DNA of 64,000 bases from Acidobacteriota bacterium (GTDB lineage Bacteria > Acidobacteriota > UBA890 > WLXD01): contig CBDBHB010000008.1 in assembly GCA_965205505.1 (NCBI GenBank), positions 128,001-192,000 on the forward strand. Direction: 5' to 3'. The stretch's first letter is position 1. Each line of letters begins with the position of its first letter. Positions 53,316 to 63,321 of the stretch are shown piece after piece. A model generated the notes under the pieces. The model searched no databases and had not been told where the DNA came from. It saw only the letters and a program-made list of their open reading frames with translations. The translations under genes were made by a program, and so were the position numbers.

Positions 53316-54107
53316 ATGCAGGATACGAGTTTCCGGCTGGACGAGCAGGTGGCTGTTGTGTGCGGTGCCGCGTCCGGAATCGGCGCTGCAGTAGCGCGTG
53401 GATTCGGCGCGCGTGGGGCGCGAGTCATCTGCCTCGATCTCAATGAGGAAGCTGCACAAGAGGTCGCCAAGGCGATCCGAGACGCCGGTGGCGAAGCTAG
53501 CAGCAGCCCGCTGGACATCCGTGACAGCGCCGCGGTCGGCCGCTCCTTCGTGCGCACAGCGGAGCAGTATGACCACATCGACATCGTCGTTTCGACGCCG
53601 AGCGTAAATGTGCGCAAGACCGTGCTCGATTACGCTGCCGAGGAACTCGACCGGGTCATCGACGTCAACCTCAAGGGTACCTTCAACGTGCTTCAGGCGG
53701 CAGGTCGGATCATGGGGGCACAGCGCAGCGGCAGCATCATCGCCTACTCGTCGATCCGCGCGCTGGTCGTCGAGCCCGGGCAAGGAGTCTACGCTGCGAC
53801 CAAGGCCGGCATCGTGCAGCTGGTTCGCGCGCTGGCAGCAGAGCTTGGCCCCTCCGGCGTGCGTGTCAACGCGATCGCGCCAGGAGTGGTAGACACGCCG
53901 CTGACGGAGCCGATCAAGAGGAACGAGGACTGGTACGGTGCCTACGCCGACAGGAACGCGCTAGGGCGATGGGCGCGGGTCGAGGAGATGGTCGGTCCGG
54001 CCGTCTTCCTGGCGTCCGACGCTGCCAGTTATGTCACCGGGGCTGTGTTGTTCGTTGACGGCGGATGGACGGCGATCGACGGGCGGTTCTCACCTCCCGG
54101 AATATGA
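53316..54107 (+). CDS. SDR family oxidoreductase
   Basis: CGAASGIG, YAATK, NAIAPG, FVDGG. Confidence 0.93.
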   Translation: MQDTSFRLDEQVAVVCGAASGIGAAVARGFGARGARVICLDLNEEAAQEVAKAIRDAGGEASSSPLDIRDSAAVGRSFVRTAEQYDHIDIVVSTPSVNVRKTVLDYAAEELDRVIDVNLKGTFNVLQAAGRIMGAQRSGSIIAYSSIRALVVEPGQGVYAATKAGIVQLVRALAAELGPSGVRVNAIAPGVVDTPLTEPIKRNEDWYGAYADRNALGRWARVEEMVGPAVFLASDAASYVTGAVLFVDGGWTAIDGRFSPPGI

Positions 54108-54129
54108 GCCCTAACAACCCGGTTCGAGC

Positions 54130-55125
54130 ATGAACCGCGAACAAGGATCTGCAATGAACGACCGGCGCTTGGCGCGAGTGCTCCACGACGACGTTCCTAC
54201 CCTCTTCGAAGCCCCGATCGCCGACCAGGACGTATCGGGAGTCGTTCTGCTGGGCGTACCGTACGAGGGAGTCCTGGTGGGCGATCGGCACACGTTGTAT
54301 CCGCCGGGCTCGCGACCGCCGGAGACCTTCTACGCGCGCCATGGCGCCGACGCGGCGCCCGACGCGATTCGCCGAACGAGCGTCATCTACTCGCTCGAGC
54401 ATGACGGCGGCGTCGCCGCCGAGCTTGATTTCGCCCGGCTGTCGGATGAACTGCACCTAGTAGACGCCGGCAACCACTCGCTCGAGAGTTGCGAGCAACT
54501 GGCATGCTCGGTGGCGGAGGCCGGAGGCGTAACGGTCGCCCTGGGCGGCGATCATCTCGTGCCGCTACCTTTGATCCGCGGGTTGCAGAAGGGGCATCAG
54601 CAACGTCTCGCGGTGGTCGTCTTCGATTCGCACCTCGACCTCCACGCAGCGCCTCCGCTATGGGCGGGTTCGCAATGGCGAACGCTGATCGACGCTGGGC
54701 ACCTGCGACCCTCCGATCTGACAATTATCGGTGCGCGCGGCGTGCGACATTCTCTGTCGGAGATCGACTATGCACGGCAACATGGCGTCAACGTCGTGCC
54801 GTTGCGAGCGCTCGACGACAGAGGAATCGATGCCGTTTGTGCCGAGCTGGCTGGACGTCTCCAAGCAGTTGAGGCGGTCTACGTGTCGCTCGATATCGAT
54901 GTGGTGGATCCGAGCTTCTGCCCAGCCCAGAAGTACCCGGACGCCGCCGGGCTTGCGCCACGCGAGATTCTCAGGGTGATGCGCGCGGCGATTGCAGCGG
55001 CGACCTTCGCCGGTTTCGATTTGTGCTGCCTATCACCGCGCTATGACGAGGGCCAGCGCGGCGCTCTGCTGGCGGCACGCTTTGCCCTCGAGGCGGTATA
55101 CGCCTGTCGCGGGGCGGTCGACTAA
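54130..55125 (+). CDS. Arginase/agmatinase (ureohydrolase) family protein
   Basis: GVPY, GGDH, FDSHLD, SLDIDVVDP. Confidence 0.88.
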   Translation: MNREQGSAMNDRRLARVLHDDVPTLFEAPIADQDVSGVVLLGVPYEGVLVGDRHTLYPPGSRPPETFYARHGADAAPDAIRRTSVIYSLEHDGGVAAELDFARLSDELHLVDAGNHSLESCEQLACSVAEAGGVTVALGGDHLVPLPLIRGLQKGHQQRLAVVVFDSHLDLHAAPPLWAGSQWRTLIDAGHLRPSDLTIIGARGVRHSLSEIDYARQHGVNVVPLRALDDRGIDAVCAELAGRLQAVEAVYVSLDIDVVDPSFCPAQKYPDAAGLAPREILRVMRAAIAAATFAGFDLCCLSPRYDEGQRGALLAARFALEAVYACRGAVD

Positions 55126-55136
55126 CGACCCCCGGG

Positions 55137-55844
55137 TCACCTCAGGATTACCGAGCTGGCGCGGTCGGTCAGCTCGCCAAGCTGCTGGGCGAGCCTTCGG
55201 TCGGCGCTGGCGAGCGCCGCCGCGTCGGCATCCCGCGGTACCCACAGATGCGGCCCGTAGACGAACACACCATGGGCGAAGGGCAGCGGCAGCAGCATGC
55301 GATCCCAGCTTCGCAGCCGCCAACATCGGGAGCAGTCAAAAGCCACCGGTAGTAGCGGCCGCCCGGTCGCCTTGGCAATCCACGTTGCCCCGGGTTGCAC
55401 GATTCGGGCCGGCCCGCGGGGCCCATCTGGAGTAATACCCAGGTCGCGGCCGCGCTGCGCCGCCCTGAGCATGCCGCGCGCCGCTGTTGCGCCACCGCGC
55501 GAACTTGATCCGCGCACGGCGTCAACACCCAGATAGGCGAACAGCCGGGCCATAACCGCGCCATCGCGTGAGCGCGAGATCGGCACCGAGGTAGGCGGTC
55601 GGAACTGTACCCACGGCATCATCGCAAGCTGCTCGTGCCAGAAGGTGTAGATAACCGGCCCGCCGTCTTCCGGAAGAGCATCGGCGGCCCCTTCTCGCGT
55701 CACCCGCATCGTGGCGTGCACCAGGCGCAGGTACGCTGCTCCCAACGGAGCAACGAGCGCCCGTGGGTTCCACATGCGCAGCACGTCCACAGAGTGGCTC
55801 GCCTCCTGATCACTCGCGATTGGGTCGTTGGCCAGCGATGCCAT
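55137..55844 (-). CDS. DUF374 lysophospholipid acyltransferase-like protein (start uncertain)
   Basis: FWH, ISRSRDG, RGSSSRGG, TPDGPRGP, SWDR..LPLPF. Confidence 0.85.
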   Translation of the reverse strand: MASLANDPIASDQEASHSVDVLRMWNPRALVAPLGAAYLRLVHATMRVTREGAADALPEDGGPVIYTFWHEQLAMMPWVQFRPPTSVPISRSRDGAVMARLFAYLGVDAVRGSSSRGGATAARGMLRAAQRGRDLGITPDGPRGPARIVQPGATWIAKATGRPLLPVAFDCSRCWRLRSWDRMLLPLPFAHGVFVYGPHLWVPRDADAAALASADRRLAQQLGELTDRASSVILR

Positions 55845-55886
55845 CAGCGATACCCTGCGTCGCCGCTGCACGCTACCACAACGCGC

Positions 55887-57695
55887 TCAGCCTTCGAGGG
55901 CAAATCCGGACCCGGCGGCGGCGGCGAAATCCAACGAGTAGAGTCTCTGGTAGGCCCCCATACGCGCCAGCAGCTGCTCGTGTGTCCCCTGTTCGGCCAC
56001 CCGACCGCCCTCGATCACCACGATGAGGTCGGCCCCCTGGATGGTCGACAACCGATGCGCGATGATGAGCGTCGTGCGGCCTTCCATCAAGTTGACCAAC
56101 GCCTCCTGCACTAGCCGGTCTGACCGCACGTCGAGGTTGCTCGTAGCCTCGTCGAGGATAAGGATCGGCGCATTCTTCAACAACGCGCGGGCGATCGCGA
56201 TGCGCTGGCGTTGCCCACCCGAAAGCCGCTGCCCGAGCTCTCCGAGGACCGTGTCGTAGCCGCTCGGCAGCTGCTCGATGAAGTCGTGCGCAAAGGCAGC
56301 GCGCGCCGCGCGCTGAACCGCCGCGTCCGAGATACCGGGCTGGCAATAGGCGATGTTGTTGCGGACGCTGTCGTTGAACAGAATGGTCTCCTGCGTCACT
56401 ACGGCGATCTGATCGCGCAGATCATCGAGGCAAACGTCTCTCAGATCGACACCGTCAATACTCACCGCCCCCTCGGTCGGAACATAGAACCGCGGGATCA
56501 GGTTGGCGAGGGTGGATTTGCCGGCGCCAGACGAGCCCACCAGCGCCACGGCGCTGCCGGCCCTTATCTCGAGGTCGATATCGTGCAGGATCCTCTCGTC
56601 GGGCGCGTCCTCGTAGGCGAAGGAGACCTGTTCCAGCCGGATGCCGTCGACCAGGGGCGGCATCGAAAGCTCGGTCGACTTGCTCGGGATAACGTTGGCG
56701 GTACCGGCTGCTGCTGCGGCCAGCCCAGCTCGCAGCGGCTCGAGCGGCGCGTCGAGGATTTCGTAGATACGATCAGCCGCAGCGGCGGCGGCCTGGATCC
56801 GTACGTTGGCCGAGCTCAGCCGCCGCAGCGGAGCATAGGTCGCAAAGGCGGCAAAGAGCACTCGCGCCAGGTCACCGGTCGAAAGGCTCCCTGTCGTGAT
56901 CCGCCAGGACCCGTAGACCATCACGAGGGCACCGGCGCTGGCGGCGATGAACTCGATCAGCGGCGAGCCAATGCTGGCCAGCCGTTCGGCGTGCAGCGAG
57001 TGCCTGTACAGGCGCTCGGCCGATCGGCGGAACTTCTCCGTCTCCGCCTGCTCCATGCCGAACGCCTTGACTACACGAATGCCCGTAAGAGTTTCTTGCA
57101 ACAGCGACGACAGCTGCCCGAGGCCACGCTGAGCCTCGTGGCTGACGCGACGCAGGCCCTGCCCCAGCCAGGCGATAACCCCAATCAGCAACGGAGCGGC
57201 CACCAGGATCAGCAAGGTCAAGAGCCAATCCGTGGCGAACATGATCCCCAAGTAGACCGTCAGCGTGGCGCTCTCACGCAGGAGGTCGACCAGAACCCGC
57301 GTCAGCGCTTCCTGAATCGCCATTACGTCGCTGGTCACACGCGACATGAGACCACCGGTTGATCGGCGCTTGTGGAAGGCCAGCGGCAAGAACTGGAGAT
57401 GGCCGTAGAGCCGCACTCGCAGATCCTTGACCACCGCGAACCCAACGCTGCCCATGAGGTAGCTGGACGCGTAACGCGCAATTCCCAGCGTCAGATACAG
57501 GAGCACGACCACGCCCGCCAGCATGCGCACGTACGACGACTGCGCGCTCGGCTGAAACGCATCGTCGATCACCGGCTTGATCATCCAGAGGATGGCACCG
57601 TTGGCGGCCGCCACGACCCCCATCGCCATGACGGCACCGGACATTCGGGGCCCATACGGCCGGACCATTCTGAGCAGGCGATTTAGATTGGCCAT
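55887..57695 (-). CDS. msbA: Lipid A flippase-type ABC transporter
   Basis: TM domain, GSSGAGKST, LSGGQRQR, LDEATS; follows lpxB. Confidence 0.85.
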   Translation of the reverse strand: MANLNRLLRMVRPYGPRMSGAVMAMGVVAAANGAILWMIKPVIDDAFQPSAQSSYVRMLAGVVVLLYLTLGIARYASSYLMGSVGFAVVKDLRVRLYGHLQFLPLAFHKRRSTGGLMSRVTSDVMAIQEALTRVLVDLLRESATLTVYLGIMFATDWLLTLLILVAAPLLIGVIAWLGQGLRRVSHEAQRGLGQLSSLLQETLTGIRVVKAFGMEQAETEKFRRSAERLYRHSLHAERLASIGSPLIEFIAASAGALVMVYGSWRITTGSLSTGDLARVLFAAFATYAPLRRLSSANVRIQAAAAAADRIYEILDAPLEPLRAGLAAAAAGTANVIPSKSTELSMPPLVDGIRLEQVSFAYEDAPDERILHDIDLEIRAGSAVALVGSSGAGKSTLANLIPRFYVPTEGAVSIDGVDLRDVCLDDLRDQIAVVTQETILFNDSVRNNIAYCQPGISDAAVQRAARAAFAHDFIEQLPSGYDTVLGELGQRLSGGQRQRIAIARALLKNAPILILDEATSNLDVRSDRLVQEALVNLMEGRTTLIIAHRLSTIQGADLIVVIEGGRVAEQGTHEQLLARMGAYQRLYSLDFAAAAGSGFALEG

Positions 57696-58891
57696 CAGAT
57701 CGCAGGTTCTTTGGACGGTGCCGGAGTCAGAGTGGCGAGAACGGCCCGCGCGGCGCGCGCCGAAGCACCGGGCTCGCCAAGTGTCGAGCGCACATCACTC
57801 AGAAAGCGCTTGACCCGAGCCCTATGCTCCTCGTCGTTCAGTAGCGGCCGCAGCTCGGTGACGATCGCGTCCGGCGTAACCTCGTACTGGAGCAACTCAG
57901 GCACGCCACGGTGCCCCGCGACCACATTGACCAGAGCGATATCTGGGATGCGCACGAGTAACTTTCCGAGATTGTAAGTGAGCCAGGATGTCCTGTAAAC
58001 GACCACCTCGGGCGTCCCGAGCAGCGCCACCTCCAGCGTCGCAGTGCCAGAGCACACCACCGCCGCTCGGGCATGCCGAACCGCCTCGTAGGTGTCCTTC
58101 TCGATCAGGTGCACGTGCCGCTTCAGATCGGCGCCGAGCCCCTCGAGGAGCCGCTCGTAGATCTCGCCGTCAAGCGCCCCCGCCACCGGCACGATGTACT
58201 CATAGGCACCCTCGTGGGCCAGCTGTGCGGCAGCTGCCAACATCGTCGGTAACAGCCGTTCCACCTCGGCAGTGCGGCTGCCGGGTAGCAGCCCTACCCA
58301 CGTACGATCGAGAGCGATCCCGTGACGCTGGGCGAAGGCGACCTCATCACCCTCGTCCGGAATTACGTCGAGCAGAGGATGTCCGACGAACTCCACCGGC
58401 AATCCGGCTCCTTCGTAGAGCGCCTTCTCGAACGGCAGGATCACCAGCATGCGATCCACCAGTCGTGCAATCTGCCGCACCCGGCCTCTTCGCCACGCCC
58501 AGACTTGCGGGCTGATGTAGTAGACGATCGGCAACTCCGGTCGGGCGCGTCGAAGCCGTCGCGCAAGTGCCAGGTTGAAGTCCGGGTAGTCGATCAGCAC
58601 GACGGCGCGAACTCGCTGTGTGGCGGCCGCCTCGAGCACGCGGCTCATGGCACGGCGGATGTCGCCGATGTGGCCGAGAACCTCGGTAATGCCGACCACC
58701 GCCAGCTTGCGAAAGTGCACCAGCAGTTGGGCGCCCGCAGCGGCCATCAGATCGCCGCCGACCGCGATGATGTCGATCTGTGGCTGCAGCCGCTTGATCT
58801 CGCGGATGAGACTGCTGCCGTGCAGGTCACCCGATGCCTCACCGGCGACCATGAGCAGTTCGGCATCGCGCTGCCGCGGTGCGGCCATCAC
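57695..58891 (-). CDS. lpxB: Lipid-A-disaccharide synthase
   Basis: AGEASGD, IDYPDFN, SPQVWAWR, LLPGSR, SGTATLE. Confidence 0.96.
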   Translation of the reverse strand: MMAAPRQRDAELLMVAGEASGDLHGSSLIREIKRLQPQIDIIAVGGDLMAAAGAQLLVHFRKLAVVGITEVLGHIGDIRRAMSRVLEAAATQRVRAVVLIDYPDFNLALARRLRRARPELPIVYYISPQVWAWRRGRVRQIARLVDRMLVILPFEKALYEGAGLPVEFVGHPLLDVIPDEGDEVAFAQRHGIALDRTWVGLLPGSRTAEVERLLPTMLAAAAQLAHEGAYEYIVPVAGALDGEIYERLLEGLGADLKRHVHLIEKDTYEAVRHARAAVVCSGTATLEVALLGTPEVVVYRTSWLTYNLGKLLVRIPDIALVNVVAGHRGVPELLQYEVTPDAIVTELRPLLNDEEHRARVKRFLSDVRSTLGEPGASARAARAVLATLTPAPSKEPAI

Positions 58892-59085
58892 CCCGACACT
58901 CCGATCAGTCGCTGAAGCCTCGTGTGCATCGCTCTCAGAACCCCTCGATTCGCGCAGAGGGTACCCGATGCCCCTCCGCCCCGGGCGCCTCAGACGACGA
59001 TCCGAGGCCCGCGGCGGGCCCTACCCGTGCTACCATTCCATCTCCGCCGCACCTGCCTCCGCTGCGGCAATCCCACGCCTCCCGG

Positions 59086-60204
59086 ATGCACGTCTGTATC
59101 GACTATCGCCCGGCGCTGCACGAGAGTACGGGCGTCGGCACCTATGTTCGCGGCCTTCTGGCCGCCCTCGTCAGTGCCTTCCCCGACGATCGCCATACGG
59201 CGTTCTCTGCCTCGTGGAAACACCGCCTCGCTTCGATCCCCGGCGTTCCCAGCGCTCGGATACGGGACGTGCGTTTGCCGGTGCGGCTGGTCGACTGGCT
59301 GTGGCACCGGCGCCGATGGCCCCCGGTGGAGCGGTGGGTCGGCGCGCTCGACATCGCACACTCGCCCTCGCCGATGCTCGTTCCCACGCGTAAGGCCCGT
59401 CGGCTCGTCACCGTACACGACTGCTACTTTGCACGCCGGCCCGGCGACGTGTCGGGGGCGGTTCGTCGCCATTACGTACCTCTGGTTGCCGACTCCCTGC
59501 GCCGCGCCGATGCGGTGATCGCCGTTTCCGAGACCACCAAGCAAGAGCTGCAGGAGCTCTTCGACGTGGCGCCCGAGCGCATCCACGTCACCTACAATGG
59601 CATCGATGCCGCGTACGGACGCGGGGATGTGGCAGACAAGCAGGCAGCGCGAACGGCGCTCGGAGTTGACCGTCCCTATCTGCTGTTCGTCGGACGACGT
59701 GAGCCGCGCAAGGACCTGGGCACCCTGCTGGCGGGATTCGCTCAGCTTGCCGCCCTTCACCCGGATCTCGACCTGCTGTTGGTGGGCCCGGACGGGTATC
59801 GCTGGGAGCAAATATGGGAAGCGGCCCTACCCAGCGCACGCCAGCGTAGCCGCTGCATGCCCCACCAGCCGAGCGTCAGTCTCGCCGCGTTGTATGACGG
59901 TGCGGAGGCTCTCGTGCTGAGCTCACTTTGGGAGGGGTTCGGGCTCACCGCCGTCGAGGCCATGGCCTCCGGCACGCCGGTCGTATCGTCGCGCGCCGGA
60001 GCCCTGCCCGAAGTTCTCGGCGACGCGGCGGCCTGGTTCGACGTTGGCGATGCCGAGGGGATGGCGCAGGCCTGCGATCGAGTGATCTCCGACTCGAGCT
60101 ATCGGCAGAGTCTGGTTGCTGCCGGCAACGGCCGTGCGGCTCGCTACACGTGGCAAAACGCCGCCGAACGCACCCGGTCCGTCTACCATCAGCTGCTCAC
60201 ATGA
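59086..60204 (+). CDS. Glycosyltransferase family 4
   Basis: TVHD, EPRKD, EGFGLTAVEAMASG. Confidence 0.92.
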   Translation: MHVCIDYRPALHESTGVGTYVRGLLAALVSAFPDDRHTAFSASWKHRLASIPGVPSARIRDVRLPVRLVDWLWHRRRWPPVERWVGALDIAHSPSPMLVPTRKARRLVTVHDCYFARRPGDVSGAVRRHYVPLVADSLRRADAVIAVSETTKQELQELFDVAPERIHVTYNGIDAAYGRGDVADKQAARTALGVDRPYLLFVGRREPRKDLGTLLAGFAQLAALHPDLDLLLVGPDGYRWEQIWEAALPSARQRSRCMPHQPSVSLAALYDGAEALVLSSLWEGFGLTAVEAMASGTPVVSSRAGALPEVLGDAAAWFDVGDAEGMAQACDRVISDSSYRQSLVAAGNGRAARYTWQNAAERTRSVYHQLLT

Positions 60205-61280
60205 AGGTCGCGGTCGACGCCCGCGAGCTGGCCGGTCGCCGGACAGGCGTCGGTCGCGTGATTCAGGGACTGTTGGAGGCATGGCCAGACGGCGATGAGA
60301 TCTGTCTCATAAGCCGCACACCTCTGGCCACCACACCGTTGCGTTCGGGTTGGGGCACGGTCGTCGATTCCGGATCCGCGGCACTACCGAGTGCGGTCTG
60401 GGAGCAACTTCGCCTGCCGCGCGTCGTGCGCGACAGCGGCGCCGACGCGCTCCTCGCGCCCAACTACAGCATGCCACTGCGCGCTCCCTGTCCGACCGCC
60501 GTTTGCATGCATGACTGTGCGCCGTTCGCAGTGCCACAGGGTTTTCGCCCACGCGAACGGTGGCGACGACGTGTCGGCGCCCGCATCGCGGCACGCCGAG
60601 CAGCCTTCCTCTTCATGGGGTCACGCTTCGCTGCTGACGAGGCCCACAAGCACCTCTCGGTCCTTCAGGAGCGTCTACTGGTGGTCCCCTGGGGTCTTAC
60701 ACGTGGCTTCGGCGCGGTTTCGGATGAACGCGTTGTCGCCGTACGAGAGCGCTACGGAATCGACGGCCGCAGCGTGCTGTTCGTCGGTTCGGATCTTCAG
60801 CGACGTGGCCTTCAGGACCTCGGCGACTGGATGGCGGAGATAGTCGCCACTCGCCCCGACGTCGAGCTGCTCGCGGCGGGAACCCGGCCCGAAGCGGGGA
60901 GCACGGAGGCGTCGATGCGACACCTCGGGTACGTCCCCGAGGAGCACCTGGCGCCTCTGTACGCCGCTGCCACCGTCGTGGCCTATCCATCGTCGTATGA
61001 AGGCTTCGGGCTGTCTGTGCTGGAGGCGCTCGCCTGCGGCACGCCCGCGGTAGTTTCGGCCACGTCGGCCTTGGCGGAGGTCTACGCCGACCATGCGTGC
61101 CTCGTTCCACACGGAGATGGCACTGCGTGGAAGACGGCGCTGGCCGCACTGCTCGACGACGAGACCGAGCGCCGACGCACAATCGACGCCGGCACCGCTT
61201 GGGCTCGATCCCAGAGTTGGGTGCCCAGCGCCAAGCGTCTGCGGGCTCGGCTTGCGAACGCTGCAGGCGACCGGCAATGA
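60201..61280 (+). CDS. Glycosyltransferase family 4
   Basis: ATGA coupling; YPSSYEGFGLSVLEALACG. Confidence 0.9.
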   Translation: MKVAVDARELAGRRTGVGRVIQGLLEAWPDGDEICLISRTPLATTPLRSGWGTVVDSGSAALPSAVWEQLRLPRVVRDSGADALLAPNYSMPLRAPCPTAVCMHDCAPFAVPQGFRPRERWRRRVGARIAARRAAFLFMGSRFAADEAHKHLSVLQERLLVVPWGLTRGFGAVSDERVVAVRERYGIDGRSVLFVGSDLQRRGLQDLGDWMAEIVATRPDVELLAAGTRPEAGSTEASMRHLGYVPEEHLAPLYAAATVVAYPSSYEGFGLSVLEALACGTPAVVSATSALAEVYADHACLVPHGDGTAWKTALAALLDDETERRRTIDAGTAWARSQSWVPSAKRLRARLANAAGDRQ

Positions 61281-62197
61281 GCGTCACACAGGTTGATGTC
61301 GTGGTGGTGAGCTTCAACTGCCGTGAGCTGTTGGCGAAGTGCTGTGACAGCATCGCCGAGCTCGGCGCACAGGCCAACCTCATCGTGGTCGACAACGCCT
61401 CTGAGGATGGTAGCGCCGAGATGGTACGCGAACGGTTTCCGCAGGCTTCCCTCATCGCCAGCGACCGTAACCTGGGTTTCGGCCGCGCCGTCAATCGCGG
61501 CGCCATCACCGGCAGGGCAGCGCTGCTGCTGCTGCTGAACAGCGACGCCGAGCTGCTCCCGGGGGCCTATGCCGCGTTGGCAGCGGCGCTGCTTGACGAC
61601 CCCGACGCAGCTGGGGCCGGGCCCCGCCTGACCGACGAGCACGGCCGCACTGAGCTGTCTGTCGGGCGCACGTTGAGCCTGTCCAACGAAGCATGGTTCA
61701 AGATCCTCGGAAGCGCACACGACGCCGGCCTCCCGATGCTGCACGGTCTCGTCGAGCGCCGCTACGGACGAGCCCGGAAAACGCGATCGTTGAGCGCCGC
61801 ATGCCTGCTGCTGCGGCGTGAGGCTTTCGATCAGCTGGGGGGCCTCGATGAGCGCTTCTTCCTCTATGCCGAAGACGTCGACCTGTGCCGCAGGCTGGCT
61901 CGGGCCGGCTGGCATCTGCGCTATGTTCCGGAAGCGCGCGTACAGCATCGCCGTGGCGCTTCCGCGGCGGTGCAGCCCTCGCTAACCGAGCGCTGGTACC
62001 GTGCCAGCCAAATTGGCTTCTATGACAAGCACCGCTCCCGCATTGCCCTAGCCAGCTTGCGCATGTATCTGCGCGTTCGCTACGCGCTGATGTCGCGGTT
62101 CGGAGACCGAACGCAACGCATGCGGGCACGCGACGTTGCCGACTGGCTGCGCAGCGGACCGGAAGCAACGGCGGCTGATGCCGCGAGCGACAGTTGA
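61277..62197 (+). CDS. Glycosyltransferase family 2 (WbbL-like)
   Basis: VVDNASEDG, NLGFG, LLNSD, FFLYAEDVDLC. Confidence 0.92.
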   Translation: MSVTQVDVVVVSFNCRELLAKCCDSIAELGAQANLIVVDNASEDGSAEMVRERFPQASLIASDRNLGFGRAVNRGAITGRAALLLLLNSDAELLPGAYAALAAALLDDPDAAGAGPRLTDEHGRTELSVGRTLSLSNEAWFKILGSAHDAGLPMLHGLVERRYGRARKTRSLSAACLLLRREAFDQLGGLDERFFLYAEDVDLCRRLARAGWHLRYVPEARVQHRRGASAAVQPSLTERWYRASQIGFYDKHRSRIALASLRMYLRVRYALMSRFGDRTQRMRARDVADWLRSGPEATAADAASDS

Positions 62198-63321
62198 TGC
62201 GAATCGCCGTCGATGCCCGCAAGATCAACGACTACGGGATCGGGTCGTATCTGCGCGGGCTGCTCGATGCGAGCGCCCGGGCTCGCCCAGACTGGCGGTT
62301 CGTGCTGATCGGCGAGCCGAGCGCTGCGCGAGAGCTCGACGAGCACCCCAACATTACGTGGATCGCCAACTCCTCTCGAAAGTACGGAGTCGGCGAGCTG
62401 ATCAGCCTGCCGCGAGCTGTCCACAGAGCGCGTGCCGACGTCTTCCACGCGCCCCACTACGTCGTTCCGCCGAGGCTACTGTGCCCGCTGGTGGTGACGG
62501 TGCACGATTGCATCCACCTGCGCTTTCGTGAGCACCTACCGCGGCCACTCGGGTTCCTGCCCCGGTCTCTCAGCTACGCGTACGCGCGCGCCATGATGGG
62601 TCATGCCGTGGCCAGCGCCGCACGAGTGATCGCCGTCTCCGAGTCCACCCGCCAAGACCTCATTGAGCGCCTGTCGGCTCCGACTGACCGCCTCCGCGTT
62701 GTATTGAACGGTGCCAGCGAATTCTGGCACGAACCCACGCCAGAACAGCAGGGCACTGCGATCGCGCGGCAACTCGAGCTGCCCGAGCGCTACCTGCTGT
62801 GGGTCGGCAACCCGAAGCCACACAAGAACCTGGAGCGGCTAGTGTGCGCGTTCGAGCGACTCGCGCATGCACGCGAAGACCTTCACCTGTTGCTGGCTGG
62901 AGCGAGACCCGCCCAGGTAGACGCTCTCACGCGCCCTCGGATCCGCCCCGAGCGCTGTCGAGCGCTGGGGGCGGTCAGCAACGAGACGCTACGGCTGCTG
63001 TACGAGCGCGCGACGGCGCTCGTGCTGCCGTCGCTCTGGGAGGGATTCGGCCTCCCGGCGCTCGAAGCCATGGCCGCTGGAACGCCGGTGGTTGCAGCGG
63101 ATGTGGGTGGGTTGCGGGAGATCGTCGGTACGGCGGGCGTGCTCGTGGATCCCGGTAAGACCGACTCGATCGCCGCCGGAGTCGAGCGCCTGCTCGACGA
63201 CCGAGACCTATCAGAGAAACTGCGGTGCCGCGGCCGCGAACGCGCCGCACAGCTGAGCTGGGATCGAGCCGCCGAGGCTACCATGCTGGCCTACTCGGAA
63301 GCGGCGGGCGGTGCATCCTGA
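62197..63321 (+). CDS. Glycosyltransferase family 4
   Basis: TVHD, KPHKN, EGFGLPALEAMAAG. Confidence 0.92.
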   Translation: MRIAVDARKINDYGIGSYLRGLLDASARARPDWRFVLIGEPSAARELDEHPNITWIANSSRKYGVGELISLPRAVHRARADVFHAPHYVVPPRLLCPLVVTVHDCIHLRFREHLPRPLGFLPRSLSYAYARAMMGHAVASAARVIAVSESTRQDLIERLSAPTDRLRVVLNGASEFWHEPTPEQQGTAIARQLELPERYLLWVGNPKPHKNLERLVCAFERLAHAREDLHLLLAGARPAQVDALTRPRIRPERCRALGAVSNETLRLLYERATALVLPSLWEGFGLPALEAMAAGTPVVAADVGGLREIVGTAGVLVDPGKTDSIAAGVERLLDDRDLSEKLRCRGRERAAQLSWDRAAEATMLAYSEAAGGAS

